A DNA stretch of 23,173 nt from Fibrobacteria bacterium (lineage in GTDB: Bacteria > Fibrobacterota > Fibrobacteria > UBA11236), in contig JAYTHY010000110.1 of the NCBI GenBank assembly GCA_043732185.1, forward strand, positions 1-23,173, in the 5' to 3' direction. Within the stretch, counting starts at the first letter, position 1. Every line of letters begins with the position of its first letter. The notes beneath the pieces were generated by a model that saw only the letters and a program-made list of their open reading frames with translations, was not told where the DNA came from and did no database searches. The position numbers and the translations under genes were made by a program. Shown in pieces: positions 1 to 9,001 of this stretch.

Positions 1-1
1 T

Positions 2-1399
2 TATGAACGGTTCATGGACATTCAAACCAAATTCTATTGGAACCTGACCATGGGGAAGGTGTTCAAGAATATTCTGGATAAGGAACGACGGGGCGATTAC
101 CTGGGTAAGACCGTGCAATTCATTCCCCATGTTACCGATTCCATTAAAGCCTGGTTTCACGAAATCGCCCGCAATGAACAGGCCGATGTGCTGCTTATCG
201 AAGTGGGCGGCACGGTAGGCGATTTGGAAAATCAATTCTATTTGGAAGCGATTCGCCAATTGAAACGCGACGTTGGATATGAAAACCTTATTTACATCCA
301 TCTCACGTATGTGCCCGTTCCCGAAGGCGTGCATGAACAAAAGTCCAAGCCCACACAAATGTCCGTGCGATTGCTCAATGAAAAAGGTATCGAACCGGAC
401 ATCATCATTGGCCGTTGTCCAGAGTTGCTTGCACCTTCCATCAAGGAAAAGATCGCCTCCTATTGCAATATCGCTCCAAGCGCCGTTATTTCTGGTCCGG
501 ATGTCAGTTCCGTTTATGAAATCCCGCTCATCTATGAAAAAGAAGGCCTGCCGGAGCTTCTACACACGGCTTTGGGCATTTATTCTCCTCCCGATTTACG
601 CCAATGGGAAACTTGGGTGACCAATATCAAAACCAACCAACGCAATCCGCGCAAGGTGGTCACCATTGCTCTATGTGGCAAATACACCACTCTGGAAGAC
701 TCCTACGCCTCGGTTGTTGAAGCACTTACCCATTGCGGTGCGCATCTCAATCTCCGCGTCGACATCAAATGGGTCGATACGTCTAAACTGGAAGGCAAGG
801 AATCGGTGGAGGATGCGCTGAAAGGCGTGGAAGGTGTTATTGTGCCCGGTGGGTTTGGCTTACGTGGCATCGAAGGCAAAATTAAAATCATCCAATATGT
901 ACGCGAAAATAATATTCCCTACCTTGGAATATGTTACGGAATGCAATTGGCCGTAGTTGAGTATGCACGCAATGTGTGCGGCTTAAAGGACGCCAATACT
1001 TCCGAAGTAGTGGAAGAAGGCATCAAAGTTCCGCATCCCGTTATCGACATCCTACCCGGTCAAAAGAATTTAAGCAACAAAGGCGGCACCATGCGCCTTG
1101 GTGGCCATGATGTAGAGATCAAACCGGCCACGCAGGCGTATAAGATTTTCGGAAATAAATTAGTGGTCCGACAAAGATTCCGACATCGCTACGAAGTGAA
1201 TCCGGAATATATCCGGACTTTGGAAGAGCATGGCCTGGTCTTTTCCGGCAAGCATCCCACCGAAAATATCATGCAAGTGATGGAGCTTCCCAACCATAAG
1301 TTCTTCATGGGTTCGCAGTTTCATCCGGAGCTCACCAGCAATTTGCGCACGCCATCACCGCTCTTTTATCATTTGGTTAAAGCCTGTTTATCGGAATAA
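2..1399 (+). CDS. pyrG: CTP synthase, 5'-truncated by the window edge
   Basis: Frame is open from base 2 (YERFM...). Motifs ERRGDYLGKTVQFIPH, EVGGTVGD, KSKPTQ, PGGFG.RG, the glutaminase Cys in GICYG, RHRYEVN and QFHPE. Confidence 0.98.
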   Translation, partial: YERFMDIQTKFYWNLTMGKVFKNILDKERRGDYLGKTVQFIPHVTDSIKAWFHEIARNEQADVLLIEVGGTVGDLENQFYLEAIRQLKRDVGYENLIYIHLTYVPVPEGVHEQKSKPTQMSVRLLNEKGIEPDIIIGRCPELLAPSIKEKIASYCNIAPSAVISGPDVSSVYEIPLIYEKEGLPELLHTALGIYSPPDLRQWETWVTNIKTNQRNPRKVVTIALCGKYTTLEDSYASVVEALTHCGAHLNLRVDIKWVDTSKLEGKESVEDALKGVEGVIVPGGFGLRGIEGKIKIIQYVRENNIPYLGICYGMQLAVVEYARNVCGLKDANTSEVVEEGIKVPHPVIDILPGQKNLSNKGGTMRLGGHDVEIKPATQAYKIFGNKLVVRQRFRHRYEVNPEYIRTLEEHGLVFSGKHPTENIMQVMELPNHKFFMGSQFHPELTSNLRTPSPLFYHLVKACLSE

Positions 1400-1421
1400 T
1401 TGCCTGAAAGGATGAGGTAAA

Positions 1422-2849
1422 ATGTCCCGCCTGGTCATCATCGATGACGAAAGCCACATTTCCGATATCATCACTCGCTATTTTCGCGAGAAGGGCCACG
1501 ATGTTGTTGGGGCCACCAGCGCCGAAGAAGCCTTGGTACATCTTACCAGCCACCCGGTGGATCTCGTCATCACCGATATCGCCATGCAAGGTCTTTCCGG
1601 GCTAGAGCTTCTCAAGAAATTGAAGGACCTGGGGTTGGATATTCCCGTCATTGTCACAACCGGCAACCCTTCTCACAGCAGTGCCGTCCAAGCCCTGCGC
1701 GGTGGAGCCTTCGACTATGTCGTCAAGCCGTTTCATTTGGAGGAAATCGCCGAGCGGGCGGAAAAGGCGCTTTCGACCAAGCGGGTAAAAGACGAAAACT
1801 TGCTCTATTCCAAACTCGTCTCCTTGCATTCCATCTCGCGGGTAACTGCTGAAGCCGCATCCATGGAGGAACTCTCCTTCAAAGTAATCAAGCTCGGTAC
1901 GCGGCTCACCGGCTCCGATGGCGGATGGTATTATAACAGCACTGCTGCTTTGGCCCCCGGGCCATCTGTGCTGCACGCCCTGTCACCGACTCCAGAAAAC
2001 CCAAGGCTAGCGGAATTGCTAAACCATTTGGCAAAGACCACGGTCAATTCTGCCAGATTGCTCATCCACCAAGAGCCGCTAAATGCCTTTCAGCCGGATT
2101 GGTTTTTGGTTTTGCCTGTTGAAGTGAGTTCGGTAATGCATGGTGTACTCATTTTTAGACGCTCCGCGCCCCAGCCAAAGTACGATGCCGTAGACTTGGA
2201 AGTATTCAATCAGCTGGCCGCAACGTTCGCATTGGGAATTCGTGCGCTGGGCTTTTTCCCTAAAATGGTTGAATCGAATTCCGCCCAAGGGGACCAAACG
2301 CTGGATTCCTGGACCAAGCTGATCGGGCAAATGGTGGATGAGCATTGCCGGGGATATGAGAGCAAAGGCGAACGGGTGGAAGCCTTAGGGATGTTGCTGA
2401 TGCGGGAATTGAAATGGCCGGAAGAACACGGAGATTCCTGGTCCCTGGTTTGTCGTATCTATGAAATAGCCAAAATGCGGGTACCACAGAAGTTACTGGA
2501 AGATCGGCATGTCCTTGGCGAAGAGGATCTGGAGTTCGTACACGCTCAATCGGCTTGGGCTTGTGAACGCATACGCGCCATGCCTGGCCTGGAACCCACG
2601 GCGCGGGTGATGGAAGATTTTCTGGAAAATTACGACGGTTCTGGTAGGCCCAGGGGAATTCAAGGGCCGGCCATTTCACCTTTGGCCCGGTTGTTGGCTG
2701 TTACAGATGCTTACATTTCTATGCGATCCGCCAGGCCATACCGTGCTGCCCTAACCGAGGTGGAAGCTTTTGAAGTGGTGGACAGAGGCAATGGAAAGCG
2801 TTTTGATCCGGAGATGGTTACCGCTTTAAGGCGGTCGCAGGGTTTATAG
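1422..2849 (+). CDS. Response regulator: REC + GAF-like linker + degenerate HD-GYP domain
   Basis: REC motifs IIDDE, D52 (ITDIAM), T and YVVKPF. The central region resembles GAF (LVLPV...HGVL...DLEVFNQLA). The C-terminus has ENYDGSGRP.G, ARLLAVTDAY.SM.S.RPYR and RFDP. SD GAGG precedes the ATG. Confidence 0.9.
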   Translation: MSRLVIIDDESHISDIITRYFREKGHDVVGATSAEEALVHLTSHPVDLVITDIAMQGLSGLELLKKLKDLGLDIPVIVTTGNPSHSSAVQALRGGAFDYVVKPFHLEEIAERAEKALSTKRVKDENLLYSKLVSLHSISRVTAEAASMEELSFKVIKLGTRLTGSDGGWYYNSTAALAPGPSVLHALSPTPENPRLAELLNHLAKTTVNSARLLIHQEPLNAFQPDWFLVLPVEVSSVMHGVLIFRRSAPQPKYDAVDLEVFNQLAATFALGIRALGFFPKMVESNSAQGDQTLDSWTKLIGQMVDEHCRGYESKGERVEALGMLLMRELKWPEEHGDSWSLVCRIYEIAKMRVPQKLLEDRHVLGEEDLEFVHAQSAWACERIRAMPGLEPTARVMEDFLENYDGSGRPRGIQGPAISPLARLLAVTDAYISMRSARPYRAALTEVEAFEVVDRGNGKRFDPEMVTALRRSQGL

Positions 2850-2867
2850 TCGTCAACTTGTCTTAGC

Positions 2868-3905
2868 CTACAAACTGTTTTTGGAAATTTTTACGTCATC
2901 CAGATACAGTACGCACGCACTATCCGTGGACGTGATTCCCACTTCGATATTGGTTTGCACTGCAATGGAGAGCGGCAAATTGGGTCCCGCAACCGACAAT
3001 ATTTTATTCCCATCTTGCCAAAGGTCAACGGTTCCCGAAGTCGCATTAAAATTGAAGTGTACCTTCACCGTTACCCACTGATTTTTGGGCACCGGTACCG
3101 GAACCGGTTGCCGGTATTTCTGTTTAGACCCAAATTTGTTTTCAATGGCAAGCGCGCCATTGTCAAATACAATACGGGGGCCCGGTGACAGATCGAACCA
3201 TTGACTTTCAAAGTCGACGATGCTGTAAGGGAAGGCACCGGTGAAAAAATATCGGGCTTGATACCATAAATCATCTCCGGATACGAAATAGGCTATGGTT
3301 GTTTCAATGGATGATTTCGAGGTTATCATTCCCGAAGCGGGGGCCACCGCCGAAAATTTCAAAATGTGGTTTATTGCATTGATAGGTTCGGACACCAAGT
3401 CTATGCGATTGTCCTTGAAGGTACAGGTTCCAGCGAGAATGCAGTTCCGGAGAGCTACGTAATCGGGGATGGTAGACGCGAGTGGACTGAGTAGCGTCAT
3501 GGCATTCCAGTATTTATCCGTATCGTGAATGTTAGCTAGGAATAAATCCTTGAACACTCCATATCTCTCGAAGGACTCCATGTATTCCGTGCGCACCGGA
3601 AAAGGGCCATCCGGAGTTTTAATGAAAACAGCGGCTCCCACATGGGTATAATTGTCCTTTTCAAATCCCGGCGTAAAATATTTCCCAACCAATTTGCATG
3701 CGCTGGCGGAATCTTGATACACGTTTCCATCAGTGAGAACCAGGTAGCGCACAGTGCCGTCCATCATGCTTCCAAGTACGATTGTCGAATCATGGCACAT
3801 GCCGGATGGTGTGTTTGGAGCCATGGGTGATTTGCTGCAGGCTATGGATAGCGTCAGTACTGCACAGGAAAGGATAATTTGGTAAGTGGTTTTGATGGGT
3901 ATCAT
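2868..3905 (-). CDS. Lipoprotein with a polysaccharide-lyase-like (heparin lyase I / concanavalin jelly-roll) domain
   Basis: Signal peptide with lipobox-like LSIA-C. C-terminal jelly-roll pattern WYQARYFF, PKNQWVTVKVH, GTVDLWQDG, LYLDDVKIS. Confidence 0.65.
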   Translation of the reverse strand: MIPIKTTYQIILSCAVLTLSIACSKSPMAPNTPSGMCHDSTIVLGSMMDGTVRYLVLTDGNVYQDSASACKLVGKYFTPGFEKDNYTHVGAAVFIKTPDGPFPVRTEYMESFERYGVFKDLFLANIHDTDKYWNAMTLLSPLASTIPDYVALRNCILAGTCTFKDNRIDLVSEPINAINHILKFSAVAPASGMITSKSSIETTIAYFVSGDDLWYQARYFFTGAFPYSIVDFESQWFDLSPGPRIVFDNGALAIENKFGSKQKYRQPVPVPVPKNQWVTVKVHFNFNATSGTVDLWQDGNKILSVAGPNLPLSIAVQTNIEVGITSTDSACVLYLDDVKISKNSL

Positions 3906-3950
3906 TTCGATAAATTATTTATTCAGTCCGTTTCTGATTCGGTTATTCAA

Positions 3951-4559
3951 TTACAAATAAGGTTGGCGAATAATCGTTTTCCATTTTTCAGGCTTGGCTT
4001 TGCGTGTGTCGCTCAGGTAAATCTCGTGATATTTCCCAGATGGTTTTCCATGGATCGAATGAATGCGATCATGAATGGATTTAAGCACCTGCTCAATTCC
4101 CTCCAAAGGCCCTAAGTGCAAGGCTTGAGCCGCACGGCCTTCATTGAGCGCTTCAAATCGCAAGGTAGGCGGAATCAGTAGGAGTGGATCAAGACGGGTT
4201 TCAGTAATCGCCTTGGCCACTATTTTAGTGGTAACTGGAGTGGGTTGTTGAATCATAAGCGTCCAATTCCCATCGGACGATTGATCACGATGTGCCCTAG
4301 AGGGGGCTCCGGTTGCCCACAAGCATTCCAGAGGCATGACGCTGTAGTCGATGGCCTCGGTTTTCTTGACGATTATTTTAACGGCTAAGGCAATAGTAAA
4401 GAGTATCTCGACCGCATTGGCATACTCTGACGAACCAGCTGGAGCTCCCTGTCCGTCAATCATAATAAAGTTCATGGACGGCACATCCACCCATTCAATG
4501 CTGTTTGTGGCAGGTTTGTAGAATTTTTTTAATTGCGTTTTGTAATCGACTAATTCCAT
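3951..4559 (-). CDS. GyrI-like small-molecule-binding domain protein
   Basis: Motifs DYK..LKKFYKP, VDVP.MNFIMIDGQG.P, MPLE.LW, WTLMI.QP, H.GP, GKYHEIYLSD.RK.KPEKWKTIIRQP. The ATG at 4559 is preferred over the GTG at 4571. Confidence 0.88.
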   Translation of the reverse strand: MELVDYKTQLKKFYKPATNSIEWVDVPSMNFIMIDGQGAPAGSSEYANAVEILFTIALAVKIIVKKTEAIDYSVMPLECLWATGAPSRAHRDQSSDGNWTLMIQQPTPVTTKIVAKAITETRLDPLLLIPPTLRFEALNEGRAAQALHLGPLEGIEQVLKSIHDRIHSIHGKPSGKYHEIYLSDTRKAKPEKWKTIIRQPYL

Positions 4560-4617
4560 ATTGACCCACACTCAAACCCAACTGGCATGAAGATGGGCTA
4601 CTGATAAGGATAGTTAA

Positions 4618-6852
4618 TCACGGGCGTGAATAGCCAAATCGGTTTATCAGCATACGGTTGCCGGCAGGGGTCCTTCTTTCCACGCCACTGCTGTCCTTGG
4701 TGCTTGTGGCCTGAGTCTTGATAGTTGCTTTAAGAACATAAACACCGGTAGCTATCAAGGCTCCATTGCTGGCGACGGGTAAAATGCTCATCACTACTGC
4801 GACGGAATCCCCTCGCTTAGGTAGCATCTGCCATTGGGCCGCAGAGACGCTGCCTTTGGATTTGTTTACGAAATTTCCAAAATGGTCGTAGATCATCAGG
4901 TCATAACTGAAAGGTGAGGCCGTTTTGAAAATAAAACTTGGTGTTTTATTCGGGTCAGCGAGTGCAACGGCGTTGCCCACGCAATTGGAAAGGCAGTCTC
5001 CATGGGTGACGGTGGCCGAATCCCGATTGGCGCGCAACAGTTTTGCGCCGCCGAAAATAACTACGGGATTGGTGATGGTTCCGCTGAGAATTACTCCTTT
5101 TGATACGCTATTGACGCGTTCGAAGTCTACAAAGCCTTTGACCGTGTCCACCTTTGGCGGGGGAATTATTGTTCCAGGCAGTGTGTAGCTGGCGAATTCA
5201 CGGGCGTCACGTGGGTGCACCCAATTGAGTGTCAGCTTACCATTGGCATCGGATTCCAGAACGGCGTTTCCGCTTACAGGGGCCATGCTGCTTCCGTTTA
5301 CTGTGGCAGGTCCCAGATAGGTCGGGGCTGCTCCTGATCCAACGTTAAGCACCAGCGTTTCCGCATCGGACAAAACCGGCTTTGCGGTCGAGTCTTTGGC
5401 GGTTGCGAGGATGGTGACGCTGGCCAAATCGTTGGAGGCGCGCGTCAATTTGACCTGGTAGGCAGTCGAACCCGCGGGATAGGCGGTATCCTGCACCCCA
5501 TTTTTGTTGAGTAGGGCTAGTGTAGGTGGATCGTAACAGGTGAGTTCCGTAGTAGATGTGGCAGCCAGAGGGCCATCGGCCTTAATGTTAAAGCTGTAAT
5601 TTCGAATGAGTGTGTCGTTCATGGTGACTTTGACCGTGAAATTGTTGACGCCAAGCTTGAGGCCAAGGATGCTGTCCAAAGCAACATTGACGCTATTGTC
5701 GGTATTTTTTGTCAGGGTCAAGGATTGGCTGATCTGGGGAGGGGTAAAAGTGGTATTGGTAACCTGTATGGAACGGGGTAAGGTGGATACCAATATCGAT
5801 TTGATAATGGATTGCATCACTGCGCCGATTCCGGCGATATTATTGGGCTGCACACGTGTGAAGTTGCCGTGAGTCAAATCGGAAAGCTCTTTTAGTTTGG
5901 CGGTGTCTTTGGTGGCCACTTGACCCAGATAAATACTGTAGATGGGGATGTTGACGTCAACTAAAGGCAGGTAAGGCGCACGGGTAGGATTGGTTTCCTT
6001 GTTTCCTACGGAATCTACGGGGGCGCCATCCGATATAAAAATAATGACTTGTTTCTTGGTTTTGATCAACGCTGGATTCTTCAACCACGAGTAGGCTTGC
6101 TGCAGGGGTACTGCATAAAGAGTCCAGGCAGAAGAATCGATCATAGCACTGTCTTTGACGCGATTCACATTTACCGTCGTGTTCAACTGTAGTGGGGCGA
6201 GAGGGTGCATATTTTTTAGTGCAAATCCCGTTACGCCAGCAGTGGAGGTTGGCGAGTTTAACGCCATTGAATCAATTGCGGATTTTATCACCTTGGCCCT
6301 AACTTCATATGGATCACCAGAGTATGAGGTACAGCCCGAATTGTTCGTTAATTTTTTAATTGTTCGGACACCATTTCCGAAATCTATAGCAAAGGTGCCT
6401 AAGGTGGCTTTACTTGTACAGAGAGAATCATCGAAATAATAGACAGTATCATTGAGAACCGGGTTGATATAAGCGAATGCTGCCCGCATACTGGTGCTGT
6501 TGTCATAGATAAAAACCACATCTGCATCTGATGTCGAACTCACCTGGAAAGCGTTTGGACAGAACTTGAATCCATCTTGGCTGATGCGCGTGGTATTACT
6601 GGCTGTTTGAAAAGCTGGTCCACCGTTGGTTAGGGAAACCAAATCCAGGCATGCCGGTTCAGCACCCACACCGGGCGTACTTTTTACGACTAAGTCACAT
6701 CGTTTGCTTGCTTGGGCCTCAACCTGACCGAGTCCAAAAAGGGCCAGGGTTCCGGCTAAAACCAGAGCTGATAAAATGCTGCCTAGCCCGTGGCCATTGG
6801 ATCTGCCTAAATTCATTAGAAAGCCTCTGTTTTTTGATGCGCGTGGACTCAA
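4618..6852 (-). CDS. Secreted VWA-domain protein with beta-rich repeats and a C-terminal FlgD-Ig/sorting-like module
   Basis: Hydrophobic signal ending VEAQA, MIDAS DxSxS (FIYDNSTSM), FISDG, and C-terminal IYDHFGNFV...GALIATGVYVLK...RFGY.R. The start is uncertain (TTG 6852 or ATG 6816). Confidence 0.8.
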   Translation of the reverse strand: MSPRASKNRGFLMNLGRSNGHGLGSILSALVLAGTLALFGLGQVEAQASKRCDLVVKSTPGVGAEPACLDLVSLTNGGPAFQTASNTTRISQDGFKFCPNAFQVSSTSDADVVFIYDNSTSMRAAFAYINPVLNDTVYYFDDSLCTSKATLGTFAIDFGNGVRTIKKLTNNSGCTSYSGDPYEVRAKVIKSAIDSMALNSPTSTAGVTGFALKNMHPLAPLQLNTTVNVNRVKDSAMIDSSAWTLYAVPLQQAYSWLKNPALIKTKKQVIIFISDGAPVDSVGNKETNPTRAPYLPLVDVNIPIYSIYLGQVATKDTAKLKELSDLTHGNFTRVQPNNIAGIGAVMQSIIKSILVSTLPRSIQVTNTTFTPPQISQSLTLTKNTDNSVNVALDSILGLKLGVNNFTVKVTMNDTLIRNYSFNIKADGPLAATSTTELTCYDPPTLALLNKNGVQDTAYPAGSTAYQVKLTRASNDLASVTILATAKDSTAKPVLSDAETLVLNVGSGAAPTYLGPATVNGSSMAPVSGNAVLESDANGKLTLNWVHPRDAREFASYTLPGTIIPPPKVDTVKGFVDFERVNSVSKGVILSGTITNPVVIFGGAKLLRANRDSATVTHGDCLSNCVGNAVALADPNKTPSFIFKTASPFSYDLMIYDHFGNFVNKSKGSVSAAQWQMLPKRGDSVAVVMSILPVASNGALIATGVYVLKATIKTQATSTKDSSGVERRTPAGNRMLINRFGYSRP

Positions 6853-6960
6853 ACCGTGCCGAGACTCCTAAAATACCCCCGAATTATTAAAAAATGTTAC
6901 CAATTACGATGCTGTCTTGGTGCTGGATGTCCGTAGTTAAATCGGTAGCCATTAGGTATA

Positions 6961-7003
6961 ATTAAGGTATACCATAATGATAAATATTAAGATATAACAT
7001 AAT
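6961..7003. promoter_or_regulatory. Pair of 18-bp imperfect palindromic boxes, putative operators, with an adjacent TATAAT at 6957-6962
   Basis: ATTAAGGTATACCATAAT (6961-6978) and ATTAAGATATAACATAAT (6986-7003) are 16/18 identical with a 25-bp period. They end 2 bp before the ATG of an XRE-HTH gene. Confidence 0.6.
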
Positions 7004-7005
7004 AT

Positions 7006-7914
7006 ATGCCAAAAATTGCCATTGATGCATACTATAGGGGCAGTATGTCGCAATTAGTGAAAGCCGTGCGTCCCATTCGAGGGTGGATTCGTGCAACGCG
7101 TTCTGAACTGGGTCTAACCGGTGTGCAGCTGGCGCAAAAAATGGGGGTGCAACCGCCGCGTGTTGTGGAGATTGAAAAAGGGGAGTTGGCAGGCGTGCTG
7201 ACTCTCAACACCTTGGAACGCGCTGCCGAGGCCATGGGATACCAATTTGTATACGCAATGGTTCCTAAAAGGGCACCCACACTGACCGCCCCCTCCACAT
7301 CCGTGGCCGATTCCATTTCCCTTTCCGAGTTGGAAAAATCAGGGTTGCGTCAGTCACATATCAAGACACGGAATGATTTGAGACGATGGGAAGAAGAAAG
7401 CATTCGCTTGGCGGAGGCGTGGGCCAGAAAAAAGAAACCGAGGAATGTGCTCAGTGAAAAATTCTTTTTGCAATTGCATCAAAGGATGTTTGGAACGGTG
7501 TGGAAGGGTTGCGGAACGTTTCGAACGGACGCAGAGGTGGAAACATCAATCTTACCAGTCGGTTTTCATGCCGTGCCTAAACCTGCAGATATAGCAGGCA
7601 AGGTCGGCAGTCTGTTTCAAAACGCGAAGTATTGGAATTCCTCAAGCACCTATTCGGCAGTTGAAGCTGGCGCTCGCTTCTACCATCGGTTGCTCGTTAT
7701 CCATCCTTTTTCAAAAGGATCGCACTCCATTTCCAGACTGATGACGGATTTGATGCTGATTCATTTGTATAAGCACCCCCCGTTCACATGGGGGGCACAA
7801 GCTTGCGTGGAAGGCGAACCTGGCGATGCGGAAATTAAAGCCTTGCGTGCAGCACAAGGCAGAAATTATGGGCCATTGATCGAATGGGCGCGAACCGGAT
7901 CCGTTAAGGTCTGA
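7006..7914 (+). CDS. Fusion of mobile mystery protein A (XRE HTH) and mobile mystery protein B (Fic domain)
   Basis: N-terminal part GWIRA.R.ELG.TG.QLA.KMGV..PRV.EIEK.E..G.LTL.TL..AAEA....FVYA.VP is A-like. C-terminal part HIKTR.DL..WE..SI..AE.W, LH.RMFG.VW...G.FR, ARFYHRL..IHPF, PFTWG, ALRAA...YGPL is B-like. Confidence 0.85.
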   Translation: MPKIAIDAYYRGSMSQLVKAVRPIRGWIRATRSELGLTGVQLAQKMGVQPPRVVEIEKGELAGVLTLNTLERAAEAMGYQFVYAMVPKRAPTLTAPSTSVADSISLSELEKSGLRQSHIKTRNDLRRWEEESIRLAEAWARKKKPRNVLSEKFFLQLHQRMFGTVWKGCGTFRTDAEVETSILPVGFHAVPKPADIAGKVGSLFQNAKYWNSSSTYSAVEAGARFYHRLLVIHPFSKGSHSISRLMTDLMLIHLYKHPPFTWGAQACVEGEPGDAEIKALRAAQGRNYGPLIEWARTGSVKV

Positions 7915-8950
7915 CGATTATTTTCAAAGCTCCAGCCTTATTATCGTTCTGCACGGCCACGGCTTGCTTGAATTCCGATAAGGGGAAACGATGGGTGATC
8001 AAGCTCTTGCCGTCGATTTTCCCGGATTCCAAATATTGGATGGCATCCTGATAGTCACGACGCACGGAACTGTTGGCGCCATGCACGTGGAGCTCGCGGT
8101 AATGGATGAGGTTTAAGTCGATGGGTTCGATGGGGTTGGATTTGTTCATGCCCGCAAAGAGGGAAAGATGGCCATTGATGGCCAGAAGTCCCAGACCAAG
8201 GCTGCCCATTGATTTTTCTGAGGCGGATACGATCACGCAGTCCACGCCTTTGCCTTTGGTATGTTCCTTGACCCAGGCGGCGGGAGGATTCACCGACATG
8301 TCGACCAAATCGTCGAAAGGCAAGCCCATCTTGCGGATGATGTCCAAACGGCCGCTGGAGCGGTTGAAAATGCTGACCCGCTTTGCACCGCGGGCTTTGG
8401 CGATAAGGCCGTTCAATACACCGATCACGCCGGCGCCAATGATGACCACATGATCCATCTCTTCAAGGGGAATGCAGCGCAGTCCGTTGATGCCGCAACT
8501 TAGCGGTTCCAGCAAGGTGCCGACATCGTAGTCCATTTTTTCCGGTAGAGGTATCAAACAGTTTTGCTCGACTCCGGCTTTGGGCATGATCATGAATTGG
8601 GAAAAGCCGCCGTTGTAGGCATACCCGATGGCTGTGAAGCCTACTTCGCACAGGTTCTGTTTTTCTTTCAGGCACATGGGGCATTTTCCACAGCCGATAA
8701 CCGTCATGACGGCATAGCGACGCCCAACGGCAACGCTCTGGACACCCGCGCCCACGGCAACCACAATGCCGGCGATTTCATGGCCAATGATGGGAACGCT
8801 TACGGCTTTCTCACCTGTGAGCACGCGTTTATCCGTACCGCAAAGGGCGCAGGATTCCACTTTTAAAAGCACTTCACCAGGACCGACTTCCGGAGTAGGA
8901 AATTCTTCCACCGTGATTTCGCCGGGTTTTTTCATTAGGGCTGCGAGCAT
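7904..8950 (-). CDS. Zn-dependent medium-chain dehydrogenase (polyol / sugar-phosphate, iditol DH or SorE-like)
   Basis: Catalytic Zn motifs CGTD and GHE, structural Zn CGKCPMC...C, EPLSC, Rossmann GAGVIG, and LNLIHYREL. Confidence 0.9.
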   Translation of the reverse strand: MLAALMKKPGEITVEEFPTPEVGPGEVLLKVESCALCGTDKRVLTGEKAVSVPIIGHEIAGIVVAVGAGVQSVAVGRRYAVMTVIGCGKCPMCLKEKQNLCEVGFTAIGYAYNGGFSQFMIMPKAGVEQNCLIPLPEKMDYDVGTLLEPLSCGINGLRCIPLEEMDHVVIIGAGVIGVLNGLIAKARGAKRVSIFNRSSGRLDIIRKMGLPFDDLVDMSVNPPAAWVKEHTKGKGVDCVIVSASEKSMGSLGLGLLAINGHLSLFAGMNKSNPIEPIDLNLIHYRELHVHGANSSVRRDYQDAIQYLESGKIDGKSLITHRFPLSEFKQAVAVQNDNKAGALKIIVRP

Positions 8951-8963
8951 GTTTCGCCTTTCA

Positions 8964-9001
8964 TTCCAAGGTTATCGTTTATTTCCAAAGTAATCGTTTA
9001 T
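8964..9001. repeat. 19-bp tandem direct repeat (2 copies plus a decayed third)
   Basis: TTCCAAGGTTATCGTTTAT (8964-8982) and TTCCAAAGTAATCGTTTAT (8983-9001) are 17/19 identical. A looser copy lies at about 9009-9029. Confidence 0.75.

Noticed and set aside
3090..3116. Cluster of ACCGG/CCGGT mini-palindromes
   Set aside because: Explained by codons for QPVPVPVP in the lipoprotein.
6853..7914. Mobile element boundaries around the mobile mystery fusion
   Set aside because: No transposase, integrase, terminal inverted repeats or target duplication seen.
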